DNA from: an uncultured Bacteroidales bacterium
GTDB lineage: Bacteria > Bacteroidota > Bacteroidia > Bacteroidales > FEN-979
Direction of reading: 5' to 3'
Assembly: GCA_903903985.1 (NCBI GenBank)
Contig: CAIVAT010000022.1
Location: 62,903-126,902 of the forward strand
DNA length: 64,000 nt
In this document: in pieces, positions 47,247 to 56,700 of the stretch
Position numbering within the stretch: the stretch's first letter is position 1
How the letters are laid out: the number at the start of each line of letters is the position of its first letter
Position numbers and translations under genes: made by a program
Notes under the pieces: model-generated
Databases searched by the model: none
Told to the model about the DNA's origin: nothing
What the model saw: the letters and a program-made list of their open reading frames with translations, nothing else

Positions 47247-48875
47247 ATGATATACGATTATATTGTAATTGGCTCTGGTTTCGGTGGCAGCGTTGCCAGT
47301 CTCCGCCTTGCAGAAAAAGGTTATTCCGTTCTGACCCTCGAACAGGGAAAACGTTATAATCCCAAAGATTTTCCGAAGACCAACTGGAACCTTGCAAAAT
47401 ATCTGTGGGTACCTGCCTTTAGGTTTTTTGGATTTCAAAAACTCTCTTTTTTTTCAGCGGCAAGTATCATGAGCGGAACGGGTGTGGGCGGAGGCAGCCT
47501 TGTTTATGCCAACACGTTATACATTCCCCCCGACGCATTTTTCAACAATCTTTCATGGCACCGCTTCGGCGACTGGAAAACAATTCTCGGGCCTTTTTAC
47601 AACAGGGCTTCCTTCATGCTCGGAAGAAAAAAATTTTCGAAACTGAACATCGAAGATCATCTGCTTGAAGAGGTTTCCAGGGACCTGAAGGCGCATGATA
47701 CATTTGAAACAGTTTATGTTGGCGTAAATATCGATGGCTCTGATCAGGAGACGGATCCATATTTTAACGGGCTGGGACCCCTCCGTAAAGGTTGCATTGA
47801 ATGTGCCGGATGCATGGTTGGATGCAGGGAAAATGCGAAAAACACCCTTGACAGGAACTATTTATGGTTCGCTGAGAAGCTGGGCGCTATTATCCTCCCG
47901 GAAACAAAGGCGGAAAAGATCACTTACCATGATGGTCTTTATCATGTTGGAACAAGCCATGTAACCTCGTTTTTCCCCCGGGCAAATAAAGTGTTCCAGG
48001 CAAAAGGAATTATTGTTGCGGCAGGCGCCCTGGGAACGCTGAATCTCCTGCTTAAACAGAAGTACAAGTATGCGACCCTGCCCCTGCTGTCAACCACACT
48101 CGGTTACGAACTCAGAACAAATGCGGAGACACTCTGCGCTGTCTCCGGGGCAAAAGAGAAAATGAACAACGGACTGGCTATTACTTCTGTCTTTAGTCCT
48201 GATCCTTACACCCATGTTGAGGTGGTCAAATACCCCGATGGTTCAAACGCCATGAAGTGGTTTTTCGGATTATCGGTCCCCGGCGCTGGAACCCCGGCAA
48301 AAAGGATATGGATGCTGGTGCTGAAAACCATCATGCATCCATGGATGTTCCTGAAAACAGTGTTTAATTTCACATGGTCGACCGGATCGGTCATATTCCT
48401 GGTGATGCAATCGGCCGACAATGCCATGAGGATGGTATGGAAAAAAAATCTGTTCGGTGGAACGATGAAGATCGATAACCGGGGAAATAAAAAAGTACCA
48501 GCCTTTATCCAGGTCGGACAGGAGGTCATGGAGCGCTATGCACGAAAGGTTGCAGGAGTGCCTCAGAACATCCTTCTTGAAGTGCTTTTCAACAGGCCGA
48601 CCACCGCACATATCCTGGGAGGTTGCCCGATGTCGGAAACGGCTGAAACAGGGGTTGTTGATAAAAATATGAAGGTACATGGTTATCCTGGTTTCTATAT
48701 CACAGACGGTTCTGTGATCCAGGGGAATATTGGCGTCAATCCCAGCCTGACCATTACTGCCATGGCTGAATATTGTATGAATGGCATTCCGGTAAAGGAA
48801 GGAGCCCGGGAAACAGATATTTCTAAACAATTAATGATTCTTGAAGAGGAATGGAAAAGGAAGAAATCAGCTTGA
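47247..48875 (+). CDS. GMC oxidoreductase, cholesterol oxidase (ChoD)-like
   Basis: YDYIVIGSGFGGSV, GVGGGSLVYANTLY, CIECAGCMVGC, AKNTLDRNYL, TAHILGG, GVNPSLTITAMAE. Confidence 0.88.
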   Translation: MIYDYIVIGSGFGGSVASLRLAEKGYSVLTLEQGKRYNPKDFPKTNWNLAKYLWVPAFRFFGFQKLSFFSAASIMSGTGVGGGSLVYANTLYIPPDAFFNNLSWHRFGDWKTILGPFYNRASFMLGRKKFSKLNIEDHLLEEVSRDLKAHDTFETVYVGVNIDGSDQETDPYFNGLGPLRKGCIECAGCMVGCRENAKNTLDRNYLWFAEKLGAIILPETKAEKITYHDGLYHVGTSHVTSFFPRANKVFQAKGIIVAAGALGTLNLLLKQKYKYATLPLLSTTLGYELRTNAETLCAVSGAKEKMNNGLAITSVFSPDPYTHVEVVKYPDGSNAMKWFFGLSVPGAGTPAKRIWMLVLKTIMHPWMFLKTVFNFTWSTGSVIFLVMQSADNAMRMVWKKNLFGGTMKIDNRGNKKVPAFIQVGQEVMERYARKVAGVPQNILLEVLFNRPTTAHILGGCPMSETAETGVVDKNMKVHGYPGFYITDGSVIQGNIGVNPSLTITAMAEYCMNGIPVKEGARETDISKQLMILEEEWKRKKSA

Positions 48876-50227
48876 TCCTTGAGGGGCAGCGCAGGTTTTT
48901 TGCAACCGGTAAAACTTTCGGCACAGATTTCAGGATTGAAACGCTGAAAAAATTACGATCCCTGATCATCCTGCATGAACACGAAATTGTTGATGCCTTG
49001 TTTGAAGATTTTCACAAGCCGGAATTTGAGGTGATCGCCACCGAAACGCGCTTTGTCATCAAAGAGCTTAACCATACTATTGGTAAACTGAGAACCTGGG
49101 CAAAGAAGAGAAGCGTGGCAACTCCGATCGTTCATTTTTTGTCGCATAGCTATGTTGTTCCCCAACCTTACGGGCAGGTGCTGGTGCTGTCGCCCTGGAA
49201 TTTCCCCTTCCAGCTTGCTTTCATGCCACTGGTGGGTGCGCTTTCAGCCGGCAATTGTGTGATTCTGAAGGCTTCGGGACAGGTGCCGCATATTACCGCC
49301 GTGATGGGGAAAATACTCAGCAACTTCCCGCGTGAACTGGTTGCGATGATCGATGGCGGTCATGCCACCAGCGACTACCTTCTTGATCAAAAGTTTGATT
49401 ACATATTTTTCACAGGAAGTCCGAGGGTGGGGAAGTATATCATGCAGAAAGCATCTGTAAACCTCACACCGTTCTCCCTGGAACTTGGCGGGAAAAATCC
49501 CTGCGTGATCGCCGCCGACGCACGGCTCGATTATGCGGCCAGGAGAATCGCATGGGGGAAGTTCATCAATTGCGGTCAAACCTGTGTGAGTCCAGATTAT
49601 ATCCTGATTGATAAAAAAATCAGGGATCCTTTTCTTGAACTTATTTCAAAGGAGATTCATTCCTTCTATGGTGGAAATCCTGAAAAGAGTGATGATTTTG
49701 CACGGGTCATCAGCCCGGAAAGTGTCCATCGGCTTGCATCTCATATGAAGTGCGGGCAAATCGTTGTCGGGGGCAACGCTGATGCGGATGCCCGCTATGT
49801 TGAACCAACCGTCATCAAGGATGTGCAGCCAGGGGATCCGATCATGCAGGAGGAGATTTTCGGGCCGGTCCTTCCGGTCATTGACTTCGACAACTTCGAT
49901 GAGGTGTATGCCATCATTGAACAACATCCAAAACCGCTTGCCACCTATATTTTTTCCACGGATAAAAAGCGTATTCGTGAATTTCTGCTGAAAACCCAAT
50001 CGGGGAACGTCAGTGTAAATGAAACAGTGATGCAGATCGCTTCTCCTTATCTTCCTTACGGAGGGATCGGGCCGAGCGGGATTGGCCGATATCACGGTAA
50101 AAAGTCGTTTGAAACTTTTTCCAACATGCGCTCGGTGCTCGTAAAATCAAATCTTTTCGATGTCTGGCTGCGATACCCCCCTTATTCAAAATTTAAAACG
50201 AAGATTGTAAGTTTTTTAATGAAGTGA
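48851..50227 (+). CDS. Aldehyde dehydrogenase (ALDH3-like)
   Basis: PWNFP, FFTGS, LELGGKNP, GQTCVSPDY, EEIFGP, PYGGIG.SG.G.YHG. Confidence 0.93.
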   Translation: MEKEEISLILEGQRRFFATGKTFGTDFRIETLKKLRSLIILHEHEIVDALFEDFHKPEFEVIATETRFVIKELNHTIGKLRTWAKKRSVATPIVHFLSHSYVVPQPYGQVLVLSPWNFPFQLAFMPLVGALSAGNCVILKASGQVPHITAVMGKILSNFPRELVAMIDGGHATSDYLLDQKFDYIFFTGSPRVGKYIMQKASVNLTPFSLELGGKNPCVIAADARLDYAARRIAWGKFINCGQTCVSPDYILIDKKIRDPFLELISKEIHSFYGGNPEKSDDFARVISPESVHRLASHMKCGQIVVGGNADADARYVEPTVIKDVQPGDPIMQEEIFGPVLPVIDFDNFDEVYAIIEQHPKPLATYIFSTDKKRIREFLLKTQSGNVSVNETVMQIASPYLPYGGIGPSGIGRYHGKKSFETFSNMRSVLVKSNLFDVWLRYPPYSKFKTKIVSFLMK

Positions 50228-50252
50228 ACATCCTCTTTACGGAAGTTTGTGA

Positions 50253-51659
50253 TCAATAAAAATTCATGATATGCTTCCATCCGTTTTCCACGGTTTCCTG
50301 GCTCGCATGTGTTTGCCCGGCGACAAACCGGATCACATATTTGCCATTGAGCCGGGTATGGGTCAGAAAAACCTTTCCTGACCGGTTTATATTCTTCAAT
50401 GCCTTTTCATTAAGATCATCCAAAGAAATCTCATCGTCAAGTCCTTCAGGATGAAACCGGAAACAAACGAGGTTGAACGGCACGGGGGCCATTAATTCGA
50501 TACCGCGTGTTTTGAGGATTTCTGCTTTCAGCCATTGCCCGAAGGCAATATGGTTGCGGATTTTCAGTTGCATGCCGGAGATTCCGTAGGTGCGGATCAC
50601 AAACCAGAGTTTCAGCGCACGAAACCTTCTTCCAAGCGGCACGCCCCAGTCGCGGTAGTTGTTCACCAGCTTGTCCTCCGCTGTTTTGAGGTATTCCGGC
50701 AGGATGCTGAAGGTATTGATCAGCGCCTGCTTATCGCGGATAAAATAGGCTGAACAATCGAAATTGGTAAACATCCATTTGTGCGGGTTTACCACAAACG
50801 AGTCGCAGCGACCGATGCCGGGCATCAAACCGCGTACTTCCGGCAACATCAGGGCTGTTCCGGCATAGGATGCATCGACATGATGCCAGCAACCGTATTT
50901 TTCGCATATGCTCCCGATTTCACCTGTAGGGTCGAGGGCATTGGAACTGGTTGTTCCGAACGTGGAGACTACGGCGAGCGGAATATACCCTGCCGCGATG
51001 TCGCGGATGATTGCTTCCTCCAGCAGGTCTGTTCTCATGGCAAAAGCAGAATCTACTTCGATCTTCAGGAGGTTCTCCATCCCGATCCCGGCAATTTTAA
51101 CACCCTTGTCGATGGAAGAATGTCCCTGTGTGGAGGTATAAACCCGGTAACGGCCGGCAGAGGGGAAGCCCCTGCGGTTGATGGCAAAATCCGTCTTTTT
51201 TTCACGGGCAGTAAGCAGTGCTACCAATGTTGCCGAGGAGCTGCTGTCCTGGATAACCCCGGTAAAGGCCTTTGGGAGCCCCAGGAGATCACGCATCCAT
51301 TCCATCATGCGTTCCTCAAGTTCTTCTGCTGCCGGAGAGGTAAGCCAGAGCATGCACTGGGCGCCCATAGTCGCGGTAAGCATCTCTGCAAGGATGGAGG
51401 GTTCGCTGTTGTTTGCCGGAAAATAAGCAAAAAAACCGGGATGCTGCCAGTGGGTCATTCCCGGGAGGATGATACTTTTAAAATCTGAGAAAATTGTTTT
51501 GAAATCTTCACCATCCAGGGGCGCTGAAAAAGGAAGCTGCCCCTTGATATCACCGGGATGAAGCCCGGGCGTTACCGGGTACTGGTCTAAATTTCCCAGG
51601 TAATCTGCCATCCAGTCCACCATTTCGTGGGCATGCAGACGGAATTCTTCATTGGTCAT
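50253..51659 (-). CDS. PLP-dependent aromatic-L-amino-acid decarboxylase (group II)
   Basis: THWQHPGFFAYFP, SPAAEELE, HSSIDK, GTTS, HVDASYAG, NPHKW, GRRFRALKLWFV. Confidence 0.92.
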   Translation of the reverse strand: MTNEEFRLHAHEMVDWMADYLGNLDQYPVTPGLHPGDIKGQLPFSAPLDGEDFKTIFSDFKSIILPGMTHWQHPGFFAYFPANNSEPSILAEMLTATMGAQCMLWLTSPAAEELEERMMEWMRDLLGLPKAFTGVIQDSSSSATLVALLTAREKKTDFAINRRGFPSAGRYRVYTSTQGHSSIDKGVKIAGIGMENLLKIEVDSAFAMRTDLLEEAIIRDIAAGYIPLAVVSTFGTTSSNALDPTGEIGSICEKYGCWHHVDASYAGTALMLPEVRGLMPGIGRCDSFVVNPHKWMFTNFDCSAYFIRDKQALINTFSILPEYLKTAEDKLVNNYRDWGVPLGRRFRALKLWFVIRTYGISGMQLKIRNHIAFGQWLKAEILKTRGIELMAPVPFNLVCFRFHPEGLDDEISLDDLNEKALKNINRSGKVFLTHTRLNGKYVIRFVAGQTHASQETVENGWKHIMNFY

Positions 51660-51791
51660 TTTCGTAGATTTGTTCGTACAAATGTATTATAAAACAGATG
51701 AATTCCTGTTTCCGTTATAAAGCCCGGATTGGTTAATAATAGCTATTTTAGCGGAAGATTTTTCCTGTTCACAGATCCTAATTCTATCAAC

Positions 51792-53705
51792 ATGGTCCCA
51801 AAAATTTCAACATTAAGCGGCTATATTTTTGAATATCAAAAGAGTATCACAAATCCAACAGGATTTTGGGCGAACATTGCAGAAACCTTCTTCTGGCGAA
51901 AAAAATGGGATGATGTTCTTTCCTGGGATTTTGCCAATGCCAATGTAAAATGGTTTGTCAATGCCAGGCTGAACATTACCGAAAATATCTTTGAGCGGCA
52001 TTTGTTTCACAGGGGAAACCAGACAGCACTCATCTGGGAGCCCAATGATCCTGGTGAAGAAACAGTGAGACTCACCTATTTTGAGCTTTTCGACAAGGTG
52101 AACCAATTTGCACTTGTACTTAAACAGCAGGGAATTGCCAAGGGAGACCGGGTCGCTATTTACATGCCGATGGTACCTGAACTGGTCATCACCATGCTGG
52201 CTTGTGCGCGGATCGGGGCAGTTCACTCTGTTATTTTCGCCGGTTTTTCGGCACAATCGCTTGCCGACCGCCTGATCGATGCGGGAGTAAAACTCCTGGT
52301 CACCAGCGATGGCGGGTACAGGGGCTCGAAGACCATTCCGATAAAGGAGATTGCTGATGAGGCAATGGAAGCCTGCAAGTGTGTAAAAACGGCCATTGTG
52401 CTGAAAAGAACCAATGAAAAAATTACGATGAAACCCGGCCGTGATGTCTGGTGGCATGAAGTCATCCGCCAGGTTGAAGGAACGCTGGAGGCAGAAGTGA
52501 TGGATGCCGAAGATCCGCTGTTTATCCTCTACACCAGCGGTTCCACCGGCAAACCCAAGGGATTGGTTCATACCATTGGCGGTTACATGGTTTATACTGC
52601 ATACACGTTCCGCAATGTTTTCCAATATGGCGACGGGGATATCTATTTCTGCTCTGCCGACATAGGCTGGATTACAGGCCATTCATACCTTGTTTACGGA
52701 CCCTTGCTGGCAGGCGCAACGACACTGATGTTTGAAGGAATTCCCACCTGGCCTGATGCCGGGAGATTCTGGGAAATCGTTGACAAACACCAGGTGAACC
52801 AGTTTTATACTGCTCCCACTGCATTGCGTTCGCTCATGGCCATGGGCATGGAATGGCTCGACGGGAAACACCTTGGCTCGCTGAAAGTGCTTGGCACCGT
52901 TGGAGAACCCATTAATGAAGAAGCCTGGCACTGGTATCACGATCATATTGGTAAAAACCGTTGCCCGATTGTCGATACCTGGTGGCAAACCGAAACCGGC
53001 GGCATCATGATCAGCCCGCTGGCAGGAATCATTCCGACAAAACCGTCGTACGCCACCTTGCCTTTCATGGGAATAAAACCGGTAATTGTCGATCAGGAAG
53101 GAAAAGAACTGATGGGCAACAGCGTGGAGGGTAACTTGTGTATCGGTTATCCCTGGCCAGGAATGGCGAGAACGATCTGGGGCGACCATGAACGATTTGT
53201 GCAGACTTATTTCACCACCTTCCCAAATCTCTACTTCACCGGTGATGGCGTAAAACGTGATGAGGATGGCTATTACCGCATTCTTGGCCGCGTGGATGAT
53301 GTGATCAATGTATCGGGACACAGGATGGGAACCGCCGAAATTGAAAATGCCATCAACGAACATCCCCTGGTCACCGAATCGGCTGTTGTCGGATTTCCGC
53401 ACCCGATCAAGGGACAGGGGATTTACGCTTTTGTGGTTTGTCCGACCTTCAGTACAGGAGGAGAAGAAGGCATCCGGACCTCCGTATTGATCGGGGTGAC
53501 CAAGTTCATCGGTTCATTTGCCCGGCCCGATAAAATTCTGTTCGTTAGAGGGTTGCCGAAAACCCGCTCCGGGAAGATCATGCGCCGCATCCTGCGCAAC
53601 ATTGCGGAAGGACAATATACTGATTTTGGCGATACCACCACCTTGCTCGACCCTGAGATTGTAAGCGAAATCGCGCTGTCGGCAGGCAAAATGGAAAATA
53701 AATAA
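51792..53705 (+). CDS. acs: Acetyl-CoA synthetase (AMP-forming)
   Basis: LYTSGSTGKPKG, DIGWITGHSY, VGEPIN, DTWWQTETGG, GRVDDV, LPKTRSGKIMRR. Confidence 0.96.
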   Translation: MVPKISTLSGYIFEYQKSITNPTGFWANIAETFFWRKKWDDVLSWDFANANVKWFVNARLNITENIFERHLFHRGNQTALIWEPNDPGEETVRLTYFELFDKVNQFALVLKQQGIAKGDRVAIYMPMVPELVITMLACARIGAVHSVIFAGFSAQSLADRLIDAGVKLLVTSDGGYRGSKTIPIKEIADEAMEACKCVKTAIVLKRTNEKITMKPGRDVWWHEVIRQVEGTLEAEVMDAEDPLFILYTSGSTGKPKGLVHTIGGYMVYTAYTFRNVFQYGDGDIYFCSADIGWITGHSYLVYGPLLAGATTLMFEGIPTWPDAGRFWEIVDKHQVNQFYTAPTALRSLMAMGMEWLDGKHLGSLKVLGTVGEPINEEAWHWYHDHIGKNRCPIVDTWWQTETGGIMISPLAGIIPTKPSYATLPFMGIKPVIVDQEGKELMGNSVEGNLCIGYPWPGMARTIWGDHERFVQTYFTTFPNLYFTGDGVKRDEDGYYRILGRVDDVINVSGHRMGTAEIENAINEHPLVTESAVVGFPHPIKGQGIYAFVVCPTFSTGGEEGIRTSVLIGVTKFIGSFARPDKILFVRGLPKTRSGKIMRRILRNIAEGQYTDFGDTTTLLDPEIVSEIALSAGKMENK

Positions 53706-53714
53706 TCAATATTC

Positions 53715-56700
53715 ATGCCTGTTGCCGGGTCGATAAAGATATGCAATGCCGCCGAACATAACCTTCGTTCGGTCAGCCTTGAATTCCCTAAAAACAAGCT
53801 GATCGTTGTCACCGGAGTATCCGGGTCCGGCAAATCATCCCTGATCTTCGATGTTTTATACAGGGAAGCTGAAAGCCAGTACCTTGGTTCTTTTTCCTCC
53901 TTTGCCCGCCAGTTCATGGGCAAGATGAAAAAACCGGATGTTGAGCGCATAACCGGACTATCACCTGCCATTGCACTAGATCAGAAATCAGTCGTTTCCA
54001 ATCCCCGCTCAACAGTGGGTACGATCACGGGTATTTACGATTTGCTCCGACTTTTATACGCCCGTGCAGGGCATCCATCAGGCGAAGGCGCCCCCTTCCC
54101 TGTCAGCCGGAGTTTGTTTTCCTTCAACTCCCCCGAAGGAGCATGTCCATCCTGCAAAGGACTTGGCGTCGAAGATTTTCTCGACCCTGAACTGCTGATC
54201 GCCGATGAAAGCAGGACCCTGCGCGAGGGTGCGCTCGTGATTACCGCACCCAATGGCTATATCATCTATTCGCAGGTCACCCTGGAGGTGCTCGACCAGG
54301 TGTGCCGCGCTGAAGGATTTCATATCGATATTCCCTGGAAGGACCTGACCCCGGAACAAAAACACATCGTTCTTTACGGCAGCGACAAGATCGAAATCCC
54401 TTTTGGAAAACATCCGCTCGAATCGCGCATGAAATGGAGCGGCATTACTGCAAAGCCCCGTGAAATGGGCTATTACAAGGGGATCCTTCCGGTGATGGAC
54501 GCTATTCTTCAGCGCGACAGGAACAGGAACATCCTGCGGTTTGTCAGAAGCGGCAAATGCAAAGCCTGTGGCGGCCTTCGGCTGAATGAAAAAGCCCTGT
54601 CAGTAAAGATCAAAGGAGCAAGTATCGCGGAAATGGCCGGGTTACAGCTGGATGATCTCCAGCAAGCGCTTCAAAAAATCATTTTCGCACCTTCAGAGCA
54701 GTTGGTTGCCGGGGCAATAATCACCCAGGTTTCAAGGCAGATTGACCTTCTCAAACGGCTGGGACTTGCCTATCTTTCTGCCGATCGTGAATCAACCACC
54801 CTGTCGGGCGGTGAATCCCAGCGATTGCGCCTGGCAACGCTGGCCGGAATGGGGCTGAGCGGGATGATCTGCATCTTCGATGAACCTTCGATCGGCCTTC
54901 ACCCGCATGATATTGAGCAGCTTATTGGTATCCTCCGGGAAATTCGTGACAAAGGCAATACGGTGATCGTGGTGGAACATGAAGAGGCATTCATTCATCA
55001 TGCAGACTGGCTGATCGACATCGGCCCCGGTCCGGGCATCCATGGAGGTGAAGTGATCTTCAACGGCACCCTGCAGATGGCCCGTGAGTTGCCAGAATCC
55101 GTGATCCGGAGGAGCCGTACCCTTTCATTCCTGTATGGTTTTGAAAAGATTGAAGCACCTGCACAACACAGGCCAGGAATAGGTTATATCTCCGTTGAAG
55201 GGGCTTCGGCACGCAATCTCAAAAACATCGATGTTACTTTCCTGCTGCAGGCGCTGAATGTTGTAACAGGGGTCTCCGGCGCAGGAAAGTCGACGCTGAC
55301 AAACCACATCCTGGGGGCTTTTTTAAATAATAACCTGCACAAGGCAAGCGAAACTACCGGCAAATACAACACCATCAAAGGGTGGGAAGAAATAGGGAAG
55401 CTGATCACCATCGACCAATCCCCCATTGGGCGAACACCGCGCAGCAATCCTGCCACTTACACCGGGTTGTTTGACCATATCCGTGATTTATTTGCAAGGC
55501 TCCCGGAGTCGGTTCTCCGCGGCTATGATAAAAGCCGGTTTTCGTTCAACACCCGGGGTGGCCGTTGCGAATCGTGCGAGGGAGCGGGATATCAGCAGGT
55601 TGGGATGCATTTCATGGGAAATGTGGAGGTTTTGTGCGAAGTTTGCGAAGGGCGCCGGTTTGACGATGAAACACTGGCTATTCACTGCCAGGATAAAAAT
55701 ATCTCTGAAATCCTCGAGATGACCGTTTCAGAGGCAATTGCCTTTTTCGCAGGAGAGCCAAGAATCCTGCGGTATCTTGAAACAATGGAAAATCTCGGGC
55801 TTGGATACCTTACACTTGGTCAGCGATCATCAACCCTGAGCGGCGGGGAAGCCCAGCGCATCAAACTGGCCACTGAACTGGCAAAGCCGCAATCGGAACA
55901 TACCCTCTATATCATGGATGAACCGACAACGGGCTTGCACCAGGCTGATGCAGGTGTGCTGCTAAAAGCGATCAATGGCCTGATCGCACAAGGTCATACG
56001 GTGATCCTGATCGAACATCACCTTGGAATGATCGCTGCAGCGGATCATATTATCGATCTTGGCCCTGGAAGTGGCCGCGACGGAGGAGAACTGCTTTTCT
56101 CGGGCACTCCGGAGGAGTTGGTTCATTGCGAGCGCTCGCTTACTGCAAAGGCCTTAAGAGCATATCGAATATTGAATACTGAATTCCGAATTCCGAATTC
56201 TTTTTCTGACGAAAATCAGGCTATGTCAGAAGAGTTGCCGGTGATAGATTCGATCAAAATTCAATATTCGAAATTCAACATTCGAAATTCAATTTCCTTA
56301 AAAGAGGTCTCCACCCATAACCTCAAAAATATAAATGTTGAAATTCCGCACAACATGATTACCGTCATTACGGGTGTTTCAGGCAGCGGCAAGTCATCCC
56401 TGGCATTCGATACGATTTATTCGGAGGGGCATAACCGTTTCCTGGAAAGTTATTCTCCATATATTCGTACCCGGCTCGGTGTAAAAGCGGCCTCAGATTT
56501 CGAAGAAATCACCGGCCTTACTCCCACTTTTGCGGTTGACCAGGAGATGCTTGGCAATAATCCGCGTTCGACGGTGGGAACCACAACCGGAATTTACGAC
56601 CATTACCGCCTGCTGTATGCTCGTATCGGCGTTGTGCAGGCGAATTTGGGATCAACGGATTCCCATTTACGATTTACAAATAGTGCCTCGAGTCTTTTTT

